64,000 nt of DNA, taken from Acanthaster planci (lineage: Eukaryota). The first letter of the stretch is position 1, and each line of letters starts with the position of its first letter. Position numbers and translations under genes: made by a program. Shown in pieces: positions 48,331-61,520 of this stretch. The stretch lies in contig NW_019091358.1 of NCBI RefSeq assembly GCF_001949145.1, forward strand, positions 682,961 through 746,960, given 5' to 3'. The notes beneath the pieces are model-generated. The model was not told the DNA's origin. It worked only from the letters and a program-made list of their open reading frames with translations, and did not search any database.

Positions 48331-49788
48331 GGAGGAAACCGAGAAGCATGGACTGATTTTTTGTTGCTCTTCACTTCCTTCTCTCACTTCTTGTACCAGC
48401 CGGGCTGCCTCTCGCCTCTTCATAAAATGTTGCCGTCTTATAACCGTTGCCACCAACGTACTCGTCACACTGTGGCTCTTGATCGAACACCCGTGTAATT
48501 CGCCAAGCAGAATTAAAGGCCATTGCTGCAGCGGCACAAGGCTCGTGGACAGCTGGGACGCGCGCGTTACATGCCTCTTCGACCAGTAGGGTGTCTTGAT
48601 TTGCCAAGAGCACGCTCGCGTCAAACTTAAGAACGCGCGTTCATTTGGAGAATCACACGGCATCCTATTGGTTGGGCATGTAACGTGCGCACACTACCTG
48701 CCCACGAGCGTCCACCGTAGCAATATGGCTTCTAATTCTGCTGGTAAGATCAGGTGTTTCCCACTTCGAAATAGACCGTTGTCTCATTCACGTTCGAGTA
48801 TAATTATTAATTAGGCCACAAAGGCACTAGTGCGCTAAAAGTCTAATTTTGCTGCTATTAGTTTCCCTTGCCCCCCCCCCAAAAAAAAGAATCTCTGGCA
48901 CGTTGCATTCTGTCGTTCTGGAACAGCCCCCATACGCCACTGTATACTGGATATCACCGTAGTCAAAGCTATTCAAGATCGTTTTGTAGACGATGTACCC
49001 TTTAACGTCTGGCCCGGCGGTATGGTATGCGCGCTCAGACCGGGTAAAACACCCGACCTCGACTCGTCTGCTACATTCGGGCCATCGCGTAACACAGACA
49101 CGATAACTTTCTTTATAATGTATTGATCGGTATTTCCCGTAATAAACACACAGCTGGTTCATACTGTTTGCGCGGGGGGGGGGGGAAGCGGTACCACGTG
49201 ACCTATACACGCAACTTGGGAACGGTCACCAGGAGGTCACCACTAGGGTGTGGTGGCGGCAGCTGCCATTACCGCCTCACCACTCTTCACTGCTTTATCG
49301 TCACCGTCAACTTCGCCACACGACAATCGTCATCTTCAAACTCTTAAACTTTATTTTCACGGAAAACCAATATCGCCACCACAACACTATCATCACTAGT
49401 GTCATCACTACCCTCATTCCGTCTGGTATCTTCTTGCCTTAATTCCCACCGGCAAACTCATTACTTACGCCAATTATTGGCGTAACTATGGGGTGTGGGG
49501 GGCATTACGAGGCATGTGCCTTCCGGGCAGGTCTGCCCCCCCCCATTACAACCTATGTACAAGCGGCTGTCCATCGGCTTTTGGTGCCCCATGAAAAAAA
49601 AAAGTATTCACCCCTGGGTGCCCTCCACCAAATTTCACCGTAGTTCCACCATTGCCAACAACACCAATTGCCATCCGGGCTACCTTTAACCCCATCACAG
49701 ACATACCCCAACCACCATCCTCACTAACATCCACCCCGTAACAAGCATGAATCGTCCCCCTGCTTTCGCCGTTCATTGGATGACAGAA

Positions 49789-50029
49789 GGGTAATTCCAG
49801 AAATTAGGGGTCTATTTTTTTGTGTCCCTGTCACATCTGACAAGATTTTTGTAAGTTCAGAATACATTTTCTAATTTCCAAGAGTGATGAGGTAAGGCAA
49901 ATTACCTGCCAGTCAAATAGTAATAGTGTGAAATCAATTCGGGTGATATTTCTATGTCAAATAACAAAGGTCAGATATAACGGGGACAAAAAAGTCACAC
50001 GTTTGGACCCCTAATTTCTGGAATTGCCC
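49789..50029. mobile_element. MITE with about 26-bp TIRs
   Basis: GGGTAATTCCAGAAATTAGGGGTCTA / TGGACCCCTAATTTCTGGAATTGCCC. Confidence 0.8.
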
Positions 50030-51939
50030 ACTTATGAACTCATCAGAATCGCTGAACTTCCTCATTCAATTCCAAATACATTGCATTCACGTTTCTCCAG
50101 GTTACTAACTTCATTGCTCGTGTCTGTTACTGTATGCACGGTCTCTTTTTTATCGGCCATCAAGGGCTAAGTCATTTGGCTAAAGTTCTGTTAAAATGTC
50201 GGACCGCCGCGTGTCTGACTCGATCAATAATGGATGACACATGACGCATCAGTCGGGGAACAAGACGGTATCGGCGGATCTGCCGCAAGCAGTTATATTA
50301 ATGAAATGCCAGCTATCGATGCCAATATGATTATTCTCATCTTATTCCTCGGATGCCCATTAAATTTAGATCCCCAGCGTGGAGAATAATCTGGGTTTGT
50401 TTGTTTGTTTGGTTTTTTCCAAAGGCTGCACCGATGATACCCCATTTCAATTTCAGGATTCCCATGAGATGATGCTGTCTCATTTCCAAACTCGCAAATA
50501 TTTTGCTTGAAACGGGAGATGCATGTCGTGCATAGCCATCAAGCCGTGCATGCCTCGTAAGAGGCCCCCTAGACCATGATTCTCCTTCGGGAGGAATGGA
50601 AATCAATTTTCGGTAATACCTCGGGCAGTTTACTGTTTTCTAAAGCGAAGAACGGGCCGTGTGGATATTCACCCCGCCAAGTCATTGATACCCTACGTGG
50701 TGGTTTGGAAGGAATGACGCGTAAACAATGACATACCTTTCGGCTTGGAGATCATTCAACATCTCTGAAATAAACGCAATTCTACCGGGAACTCATCCAG
50801 TACGGCTAAGCCAAAAATACACACAACTGCCAAAAAGCTTTGAAAGAAAGAAATGTCTCGATGAGAAATCTGATCTGTATTGTTTTCTTGTGGTTAAAAA
50901 GTAATCGCGCCAGTCCTGAACGGGCCAACGTTTTCGCGCCTTCCGCGAAACCGCCTGACAGCACTTTCCTCTACTACCCGCATACTCAAGAAGAATAGAC
51001 CATCAATGGACCGGTTGATATGGCTATGAAGGAATGTCTCTGACTTGTGGAGTATTAAAGTAAGGGAAAGCAGGCACAACCCTGCCCCGCTCGGGGGGTC
51101 GGCTTCTCCCTTGTTTTCTTCCTTCTAAGGAGTTACAAAAGAGCTGGGGTATTGTTTCAAACTACGCCCCAAGTCGTGGAGTGCCCCCTCAAGCTCCCTA
51201 TCCCGATTAGTAACGCCTCCCTCAACCGAGAAAATTAAAACGCTGATGATACGTGAGCAAAAGTGAACCCAGGTCTGGGTGGGCCTGCACATCCATGCCC
51301 GAAATGTGCTTGTGTAATAGCTGTGCGCATTGGCCTAAACAATTTTGGTAGAATTCTCAAGACAGGAAAAAATTGGTCTTGCCAGATGGTGGAGCGTAAC
51401 AGAATACTAGAGCTTTGTGTGATGAGTAACGCTCAACAGTCAACATAGAAAAAATTCATCTCAATCGTCTCGTGTGATCCAGCCAAATGATATTTCGGGG
51501 AGGAGGGGGTTGAACTCCTCGGGGATAACACGAACAAGCCTTCATCAATAACATCACTAAGATCACTTGGTTTGTGCCTTGTGAAATCTGTCGAAATTCC
51601 CATTGTATAATAGCGATAACGATCTCACAAAACTTGAAAAAACATGTTAAACATCGATTTTTTTTATTAAACCTTCTCTTTTACTGGCGAATTCCGGGAC
51701 ACACTGATAATTTTTGATAATTGTGATAATTGTTTAGGCCTATTTTGACGAAATTAAAAAATCCATTCCTTTTGCGTTGGGTCTCAGCGGAAACATGACT
51801 CAAAAAATCATACTTCTACTTTCTAATTTTTATTGAATATTTTGCCTTTAATAATGTTGACGAGGGTTACCATGGAGGCTTGTGAAGCTTTAAAGTTCTG
51901 ACTTGTTCAGAAGACAGATCGGCAGATGTATATCGAGGA

Positions 51940-52330
51940 GGCCAGATTACTCGTCTCCAAGAGTGTGGTGCGCGGCCGTTAGGAATACGCGAGATCAGCT
52001 GCAATGAGCACTGATGGTATTTGACCAGTGACATGAAGCAAATGCAAATATTTGATGCGCGTAATTTGCATCCCTGGACGTCGAGAGATGGAGACACTAA
52101 GCGAGCTCTCTCGTCGCGCGTTTCGACGACGACTCGCCTCTTGCTTCCAGTTACGGTGAAGCGACTTCTTCGCCCGAAAATAAAGTGCGCAGTGTGCGTG
52201 CACTGTCCGGTCTTGTCTTCTGCGCCGTCTTGCTCAAGTTACCAACGAGTTAAACTTTGGAGGAGACGCGTAACCTTCCAGTGCACACGACGTGTGTTGA
52301 CGCCGAACCCAGGTCAGGATGTGGCACTTC
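51940..52330 (+). promoter_or_regulatory. CpG-rich candidate promoter or 5' UTR of the membrane-protein gene
   Basis: Dense CpG (for example TCGTCGCGCGTTTCGACGACGACTCG) 450-800 nt upstream of the ATG at 52776. Confidence 0.4.
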
Positions 52331-52775
52331 GCTTTGAAACTTTACCCTGCCTGGCAGCTGTGTTACGCCAGCCTGATTATACAGAATCTCGCATATGTTA
52401 ATCAACGTCGCTGGGAGTCGTTGCGTACAAATTCACCAGGCACATCTGAATGAACCTCCCACCACAGATATAGATAGTACAGGACCTTTCCTGCGAGTTT
52501 GTAAAGATTAAGCCCGGAGATCGGTTGCTGCGTAACCGGGTGTGAAAATAAAATGGCAATCGCTTAACCAAACGGTGTGCAAAAAGCAATCCTGAATGGG
52601 ATCTGTTGCTGGATAGTATGATTAAGTTAAATCCCGTGTGTTTTTTTAAGGACACGGGTGAGGATAATCTAGAGCGATCATGTGAAGCGAAAACTAGCGT
52701 ATGTAGTGTATTTGAAGAGTACTGCAACCAGTAGGTCTACTCTGAGATCGAGAGGTCTGAAAAATTTATTTGAAA

Positions 52776-53168
52776 ATGGCTTCTGGAAATGACACAGCCG
52801 GCGCTTTGTCAGTTCGCACATCTGCTGCCGCTTCATCAACAAATCCTGTGACCGAAGACCCGCCTTACCATCTTCTCTCACAATCTACCGGTACCGCCAG
52901 CGCTTGGACTGGCGGCCTGAGCAAGGAAGCTCCCAGCTCGGTGAATGGGCCAGATGACATCTTCACCCCGAGCCAGTACACGTGGAATCTGATCCTCGGC
53001 ATCACCGCGTCCGTCATCTTCGTGCTGGTCACGGTGGCCGCGCTGTTCGGGCTGATAGCGTTCAAGCGGTACATGAGGAAGAGGAACCGGACCCTGAGCG
53101 CAGACACCGGGGTCTTCTCGCCGAGAAGGGGCAGCAAGGCCGGACTGGACATGATCGATAATTCAGTG
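52776..53168 (+). CDS. First coding exon (131 codons) of an uncharacterised single-pass membrane protein
   Basis: aaaATGG start context, GC-rich codon usage, Ser/Thr/Pro-rich N-terminus with an NDT sequon, hydrophobic segment LILGITASVIFVLVTVAALFGLIAF followed by KRYMRKRNR, consensus donor |gtgagt at 53169 (phase 0). Confidence 0.8.
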
Positions 53169-56100
53169 GTGAGTTTGATTGTGCAAGAGGAGTTGCATGG
53201 GGAGCTGCAGTTAGTTTTCATTCAATTTCGTCTGGACTACTTATTCTTGTGTTAATTAAAATGTCGGTAAAGTCTGACAAAATAACATTTGTGCGCAAAA
53301 CGGGATAGGCCTATTTCAACCAAAATGTTAGAAGAATAATGGTAATATAGTCGGAACTACCTGTATCTTACTGTACGAAAAGGGGGAAACAAAATTAACC
53401 AGCAAAATTTCGCTCTAGGATTGTAATTCATATAGACTACAAAGAAATGAGCAACATAATGGTGAAGTTATTCAATCTTGCACGAGTGGCACCCAAACCC
53501 ACAATCCTACACTTTCTACTTCCATGCTAGGACAGATGTCTCAATCACTCAACGTCGCCGAGGTACTTACATGCTATTATTCATGTAGTAAGCAGGATTC
53601 GTGCACGGGCATACCTCAGAGGGTTACTCCGGCCCAAGCACGCCAATGATTTGCCCTCACAAGCTCTCGCGGGAACTACCGAGAATACGTAGCTTAATGT
53701 ATTACGTTAGAGAAGGACAAACTACCGTTCATTGGTTGTTCGTAGGTATTAATAAGGAAACAAAAAATTGAGGGTAGTTTTGATATAAATTTCACCAAGG
53801 TTCAAAAGGTTCAAGTTGCCAACGAGTATATAAGGCATACCGATCACGTGCATGCGCAGGGATGACAATAATGCACACTGTTGTCGGTACTCCAGTTGCT
53901 AATAGGACCTAGAAAATGCTCCGATTAATACATGACAAAACGCTCTTTCTGTGCCTGTAACCATGGTTATTTGCAAAAAGAATCTGCAACAGTTTTCACG
54001 TGGTGTTACATAAAACAAGAAATTAAAATGCGCGGCAGTGCACACGAACGAAATTATTTGTGTACTCTACTATACAGTGCATTAACGGGGCGCGTTGACG
54101 TCATTTCCTTTCCATAAAATCAGTCTAGGCTGCATTGTAAATAAGGATGGATGAAATGAAAATCATCTACCGTCCTTAATGCATTTGGAAAGCCAGGTGC
54201 AAGCTGTATAAGTTAGCCAGGCCATTGAGAGATGATATCGCACCAGGTGGAGCGTGCATGCTAATGGTAGTGTAATGGTGGGTCTCTCCTGCGAGGTAAA
54301 ATTACATCTATTCCTGGAACCATTAAGCAGATTCCTAAAAACCCTAGTGAAAACAACAAGCGTCATTACCGCGACCACGACAATAACTTGGCACCAAGTA
54401 CTACTAGGGATCGACCACTTTGCATGCAGGGTTCATTTTCTGGAAGGGGGTGTATGGCTGGTAGTAGATCTAAGTCTAAGATTTGTGTGTTCAAAGGTGG
54501 GCACAAGGGAAGAGCGATGTTCTCAAGCAAGCACTGGCACCACGATTCTTACCAATCGAAAATGTAATAACAAACGAAACTTCCTACAGAATCATTGCAC
54601 TGATAAGGTTACAGTGAAGCAGAAGTGGTAGATTCGAGTCCCGCCAAAACAATTCAAACAGTATCGCCAGGAAGTCTGAGATAGACGGACTGAAAATCTG
54701 TCTGTCCAAATAGTGACATTGCAAAGATCCATCAACGTTTCCCATCAGTAAATTTTAAAGACGTAGCGTGGCATCCACGGTCTTTCGTCGAGTAGCGTCG
54801 GTAGTGCTTGTCGGTACTCTACATACTTACCTCACGAGCGGTACCTGGAACGGGTCGAAGTCCGCTGAATGTCAACCATGTTCAACAAGACGCCGGAGAT
54901 TTGCACGGACATTTGGCCTGGGTAGGAGCTCTCGCTTGGAGCTTGCGCTTTTCGCATGCTTTGAAGGCAGCTGAAAACAAGCTACCCATGTCAGTGACAA
55001 ATAGTCATCGTGCTAGAGCACATGTGCTAGTCTGACTTCCTGAGCTTGTATAGATAGTCCTAGTACATAATACACAAGCTTAACACTGTACATGTATAGT
55101 GCCTGTGACGTAGCGTACAGTTTGTTTCTCTTGCAGGTCGAACATCTCAGTCTCATACCAAAGTGCTCAGGGTTTTGGGAACAGTGGTTAGGAGTTACTA
55201 GTGGGGGGCACAAAGGGGACACCAGCATCTTATGGGGGGCACCAGCTTTCAGTGGTGTGGTTTTTTGGGGGAAGTTTTTGTCAGCCTTCTTCAATATCCA
55301 TTCATCCTTGGGGGGGGTGGACCTAAGGGCACCGGGAATGGGGGTCACGTGCCCCCAGCCCCCCGCCCCCGTGACTGCGGCAGTGTTTGGGAAGTTCGAT
55401 AGTTGCTACCTGTAAGGCTGTAGGCCTATTTTGTCACAGTTACATTGCAAAATATGTTTCATGTACACCACCCTGGGCTAAATGAAGAAACCGATCTACT
55501 TTTGTTTAGGGAACAACGCTGTGTCGAATTAAGTTTGTGGCTTTATTAACAAAGCCATGCATAGATCTACAAGAAGATAAAACGGGTGTGAAAGTGATGG
55601 ACTACATGCGTGTAAAACCTGTCAGGTTCGTGCAAAGAAGAGATTATCTTGGTGGTTGCACTCTACACGCGCACTGCTCTGCTAAATGTGCAGATGCATC
55701 TGTAGTGACAGAGCCACTGGCGTCGATGCATCGAAAGCTTTTAACTTCAATTATCATTTGTGGAGTTGCAACTCGTTAGATGATGTGATCACGGCCGAAA
55801 ACCCGCTTTGGCAACTCAAACGTCCACTGCGCAGCGGTCCGCGAACCCATCGCAGTCACCTCTCTTGACGGCAGTGAGCTTAAAGATGGTCGGTACCTAT
55901 CCCAGGGGACATGATTCCGGTCATTGCAAACAACGGATTGAAAAAAATCTCACATTCATGTGAACGAACTTTCTGTAGTGTCACAAGCACCCCCCCCAAA
56001 AAAACGCAATGAGCTTGTAAACTCTCGCGTTGTCTCGTACGCATGGAACTGTGGCAAACGTCCATGGTCATCAACAGATCCATGGCAAAACTTCTAACCT

Positions 56101-59100
56101 TTTGTTAAAGTATCGCGTTCTGGTCTTTGGAGGAGGAAATTACAATGAATGGATTATCTACAGACTAGTCCATGGAGAATGTCTTGCAGAATGTATACGT
56201 TAGCTACATTTTCTCAGCAAATTTTTGAAGATGCCTCTCCAAAAGACGGTATACCGCAACACGCGGCAAACACAGTTCGCGAGAACCTATTTTCAAAGCC
56301 CGTGCAAATGGCACCGAACTGTCCATATAATGCAAGATATGGGGCGGAGAGCACCCCCACCTTTGAGTTGGTCATTGTTTGATCGGAATCTCAGGAATTC
56401 TTTACAGACGTCTGGGGGGATGTGTTAGGTAACAATAGTCTAGAGTGTGTATACGGATTGGACATGTGGGGGGGGGTGTACCTATCGGCCCCATATCGTG
56501 CACGGTATCGAACTGCAAGGAGATGGCATCTGAGTGAATTGCATGTTTTGGTCTTCACTGGTACAGAAACAAGACATCAGCCGGTCTGGCAAGTGGGGCG
56601 AAGGATGACCGAAATCCTAAAACTTTTGTAAGGCCTCGGAAATTCGGCGGAAGGAGTTGCTGCCTCATTAAAAAGAGTCATTTGCGAGGTCACTTTTCCC
56701 GGCTATTTTAACACGATTTTATTCCACTTCACAAATGTATATTTTCGATTTCGCCCAGTGAATCGATTCAGGGCACTTGCAGTGTTTAATTTTGTCAATA
56801 TTGTCAGACGATTTCAAATGTCGGTCAACCGAATTCTGAGCGTAAGCAACATCTTGACCAAGGAGTGTTCTATTTTGTCTCGCTTGCGCTGAGCTAGCTG
56901 CGTTATTCAGAAAAACAAGTTCGTCTTCCGTCGAGCAGTTTGATCATATTGATGTTCGCACCACTCGTCAAACCTCTTTGCAACTCAGTACAATGCACAC
57001 ATCTCACTGGTGAGGAGATTCCATCCATTTGTTTTAACTGTTCTTCTGTGATAGGTGAAATTTATTCTCTTCCTTGATGTTGAGACATTTATGTATAGGC
57101 CATGTTCTCTTTATAGTGCAACAAGACACCTTAGCGTGCGAACAATGTGCAGGCGTGGCATACATAGTGTGGACTTCTGCACAAAAGAAAGAGCGTGATG
57201 GCGTTACGTGGACTCGCACATGTCCACACAATGTTTTCCCCTCTCTGAAAAACAGCTTCAGAGGCATTTTAGGACCAGAGTTATCAGTGGCAAAATGAAA
57301 GGGAACAGTCCAGGAAATCTTCAAAAATTCAGCTCGAAGGAGTTATCCTAGTGGGAGTAAAAGGAGAATTTTCCCAAGTTACCTTAACCACAGGAGAACA
57401 AAGGAATGTCCACACTTCGTATGTGAAACAAGACTTGTGTGCGTTCAGTTGTGCAGAGGAAAATGAGACTAATTGCCTAACAAAAATATTAAAGAGATTG
57501 GCACAAGACGAATTCGATTTCTGAATGCCGCAACTGTGCGACCCCTTGGACGAATTTGAACTGTAATAATAACGAATATTCTCGATGTTATCTTGAAATG
57601 TGTTGACCAACTTTTGAAATTTAATGGTTAAAGACAAAATCGGTTTTGGCAAGGGCGGGCTTTTGTCTTTGACTGTATTGAAAATTCCATGAGGTGAATT
57701 GCAATGAGAAACTTTTTAAAATGACCGGGGAAACCTCTAATAAAAGTGCATCAAAAAGGTCCATTTAAGGCTTCTGTGTTGGCTGTTGGAAGGTTTGGTT
57801 TATTTTTGGTTCGCGTACTCGTGCATGTATACATGTACTGCTGATGATTGCCATAGGAGCGCCATGGTTGCGAAGGGTATTGAAGCAAATTTGCCGACAT
57901 TCACCGTACATATTTGACATGCTTTAGCCCCCCTTCCTTTACAAATAGCGATCTATGACTGCCGAGAACTATAGTCCATCGTGGGGAGACTTTTCTTTCG
58001 AATCTGTTCCTGAGTAGACCTCTTAATGCCGATTGGATTAATAATGCTGAAGTTTCAAAATTACTGATGGGGAGCCTTATAAATAAAAACAGGCTTGGCA
58101 GACTTGAGGGGTCGTGCCTCGAGTCCAGTCATACATTAACAAAGAATCGAGAAAAAACACACAAAACTGAATGGTTAAGGTTTCTGTACAGGTGAAGCAA
58201 TTTTCACGGACACTGTGCGTCTCTCGCCAGTTCTCGGAAATTCACGAATTCAACAACTACAGCTATGTATTACATAGTGGGGCATCATGTCGCCTCTTCG
58301 GCAACAGTCACGTCTGTGTTCAATTACCACGTCGAAATACTCTTTGTGGCCATGACATTTATAACATGGGGTTGACTTTTTGAGAGAACCAGCCGACAGG
58401 AATTTTCTCCTTGACAATGTGAACGCACTATAAATCGGTGTCTGGACTACATGTATTATGATTTTGGCTAGAGCGCTGTATGAGCCAAGAAGTTGATCTT
58501 TTAAAGCAAAACAACAGTACGGAAACTGTTTCGATCACCCAGAAAAGGGTTAAACCAATTTCATGAAATACACGTAGCCTTTCTACATGAAGATTTTTTT
58601 CTAGCAGACGTCCATTCCTTCTCGTATCTGTAGATGGCAGTGACATTTTTCTGTATCCAGGTCAGAGCAAAGTATGCCTACCTTTGATATCTCTGGCATA
58701 GCGGGAAACTGGCCAAAGAACCGCACAGCGAATTAGCAAACACCCTTGGAGGGAAAGCGAAGGCAGTTAATTGGAAGAACATCTGCATGATGCTTCTAAT
58801 GCGAGCTCGCCTGTCGACGGAATATTACCAACTATTTTGTCATCAGCTGCGAAACATTTGTAGTGTACGCTGGTCATGAATTTCAAATGATATTGCCAAA
58901 ACAGCTTCACATATTTCAGTAACAGCTCATCAGAATAACTGTCTGTTGTGAAACATGAATACGGCGAAATGCAACAACGTCAAAATATCCAGCTTTTAAT
59001 AAAGACCTATGCTTGCTTTGAGCCCCTTCACTTGGTCGCCATTTTACACTTTTAATACTGACTGGCTATTGCTGAAGTAGTTTGAAAATCGGCCTTTCGT

Positions 59101-59639
59101 GGTTACGTCTCCAGAGGTAAGCCTTCCGTCAACTGGCACATACCACAAGCGTCTTTCACAAATTGTATACATCAGCAAGCTAATAGCCATAAGCACAGTT
59201 GCAATGTTGTTTCAAGCGCTTCGCCTGACGAAAATGAGCTCTCGAATTACAAATTAAATTTATGTCCCTAAGAAACACTTTGGAATCGCTGTAAATGAAA
59301 AACAAAGCAAATTCTATACAGTTCGACGGCCGTTGTATTTCCGTATTGGGGATTGTAACGATGCAACGCTCCAACAAAACTATGATACGGAGATATTAGC
59401 TTCTTTGACCAAGACTTTTGAATACAATACCCGACGGTATTAAGGTGACATTTCATTTCGCCACAAACTCGCCAGGACTCCTCTGAAATGGGAGGGGGGG
59501 GCGTTTCGATACTGATACGCTTTAATTGTTTCTTTAAGCTGTAAAAATTAATACCGCGCATGGCAACAACTGTCATCGGATAGAATTTCATATACTATTT
59601 ATTTTCCTATCTTATTTTGATATCTCATCTCTGTACTAG

Positions 59640-59802
59640 GTCCTCACGTCACACAGTTCACTTCAGAGAAGTGGTTCTCTTCGGAAGCAGTTCCAGAAGC
59701 TCCTGTCAAGATGAACGACGTTGCTGTTGTGACACATGATATAATTATTCTTGGCAACGGCGAAGAAGAGGCTGCAATCGAAACCTGGAATAAGTGCTGT
59801 TG
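59640..59802 (+). CDS. Candidate terminal exon of the membrane-protein gene, frame ambiguous
   Basis: Long polypyrimidine tract plus ctag|. Phase 0 gives VLTSHSSLQRSGSLRKQFQKLLSR* (stop at 59714); phase 1 gives PHVTQFTSEKWF...AIETWNKCC* (stop near 59802). Confidence 0.4.
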
Positions 59803-59867
59803 AGATTGGCTTCACTTCACACAATTTTGACAGTGCAGTTCGGTGTGGCACATACTGTATAGCACGA

Positions 59868-60430
59868 AATAATAAGGGAATAAATTGTGCTTGGCCGGTC
59901 TTAAACGTAAAGACCGGCCAAGCACATTACCATTCATAAATACCTTGTTTAGCAAGAGAGTCAAAGATGTCAATATATGATGGATTTCCAGCGATTTTGT
60001 TCAGAATTCTACTTTTATTTTCCCGAACACCCCCGTCCATTTTATGGTATATTCCTTGTGAAAATTGTCCACAAGAATCTCCTTACATGGATTTTGGCGC
60101 GCGCGTGGTGGGCAGCCTGCACAGACACCCTTGACCAATCAGAATCGATTAAACTGTTTCGAATCCAGGTGCCAGCGAGTGATTTACACAGAGGGCTATT
60201 ATCACTTCTGATCGGGCATTATCAAAATGTTAATGTGCGTTAACTAGGGAGACTGTCTGAGGTATTTACGTCACGGGGTGTTCGGGAAAATGAAAGTAAA
60301 ATTATAGAACAAATCGTTGGAAATTCATCATATATTGACATCTTCACTCTCTGACTAAACAAGGTACATGTATTTATGGATATTTATGAATAGGAATAAA
60401 TATGTATAAATTTTTCTTCCCTTATTAATA
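59868..60430. mobile_element. Foldback or MITE element with long (about 100 bp or more) inverted arms
   Basis: Arm 59933-60036 is the reverse complement of about 60273-60380; outer AATAAGGGAA / TTCCCTTATT; internal perfect 17-bp hairpin 59886-59902 / 59910-59926. Confidence 0.85.
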
Positions 60431-60786
60431 GAGGTTATGCGGTAACGCTTCCTCATAGGGCAAGAGTTTTGTATGAGGGGAGAGGCTCGAGTAAACCTTT
60501 TGTGCATTCGTTGTAACTAAATTTAGATAACAAAACCAGTCTCTCCGACACCCTAAAGACGCCAGCAACTGCAACTGGTCTGCTCAAGATTTGTGTGGAA
60601 CTTACTACGGAACGCATTACCGGGTACCAGGCAGATAAACTGAGGCAGCCGGTTCGAGTTGTTGCTCGGTTGATGGAAAACACGAGCGCCCAAAACCACG
60701 TTCCAGGGAATAAAACCACCGTGACTTTTGATAAACTATGACATAACAGTTGCTTTTCTTTCTACACTGCCGGTCTTCAACTTTTG

Positions 60787-61520
60787 GCCCGGTGTAACGG
60801 TCTCATCCTTCTGGCGTGCTCGGATTTCCGTAAGAACGCACTGGACAAAATAAGCACGTTGCCGCAACGTGCCCATTTGTCTGGCGTGCTGATTTTGCCT
60901 GTCACACACACGTAGGTCTACCGTGTACGGGGTCTTGGACGTGTACGGAGACTACAAGGTTGTTAAGTATTTTACGCATCAAAGCCGTCTAGGGGGTGTA
61001 AAACAATGCACATTTATCCATGTTAAATTACATTGTCAGAATGACCACGACGAAGAGCAGGGTCTAAAGCTTTCACTGCGCTCTACACTGATGCCGCTGT
61101 CATTTATCGGATATTACTGATGCAGACAGTCACAAGTCACTCCGCCCCTTGCCGTACTTCGAGCCTTGCCTGGGACTTTATGCTCCTTGCTGCCGATTCT
61201 GATATCCCAGAAGGATAAGACCTACTTTGCAGATACCGTTTGTTCTGTAATGTGACGCTTCTTTTTGCACCCTTCAGACATGGCACTAGACGCCATGCCA
61301 TGACCAAAATTCCGCGAAAACCACTTCCAAGCAAGCGCACGAACATTTACTTCCGCACGATCCGAAGGCCCGCGTGTCATGATTACGTGATGTAGGAACT
61401 CAGCACACCCAGAAAGCTCACCAAAACGGGATTCACTGCGCAAGTGCGGGTCGCTCGGCAGTGTTTGCATACTACCCGGAAACCCGAGCACGCCGGAAAA
61501 ATGAGACCGTTACACCGGGC
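60787..61520. mobile_element. Non-autonomous DNA transposon with perfect 20-bp TIRs
   Basis: GCCCGGTGTAACGGTCTCAT (60787-60806) and ATGAGACCGTTACACCGGGC (61501-61520); subterminal CTGGCGTGCT repeats. Confidence 0.85.

Noticed and set aside
49220..49440. ORFs over a CAC/CAT-rich stretch
   Set aside because: Low-complexity sequence that produces spurious open frames.
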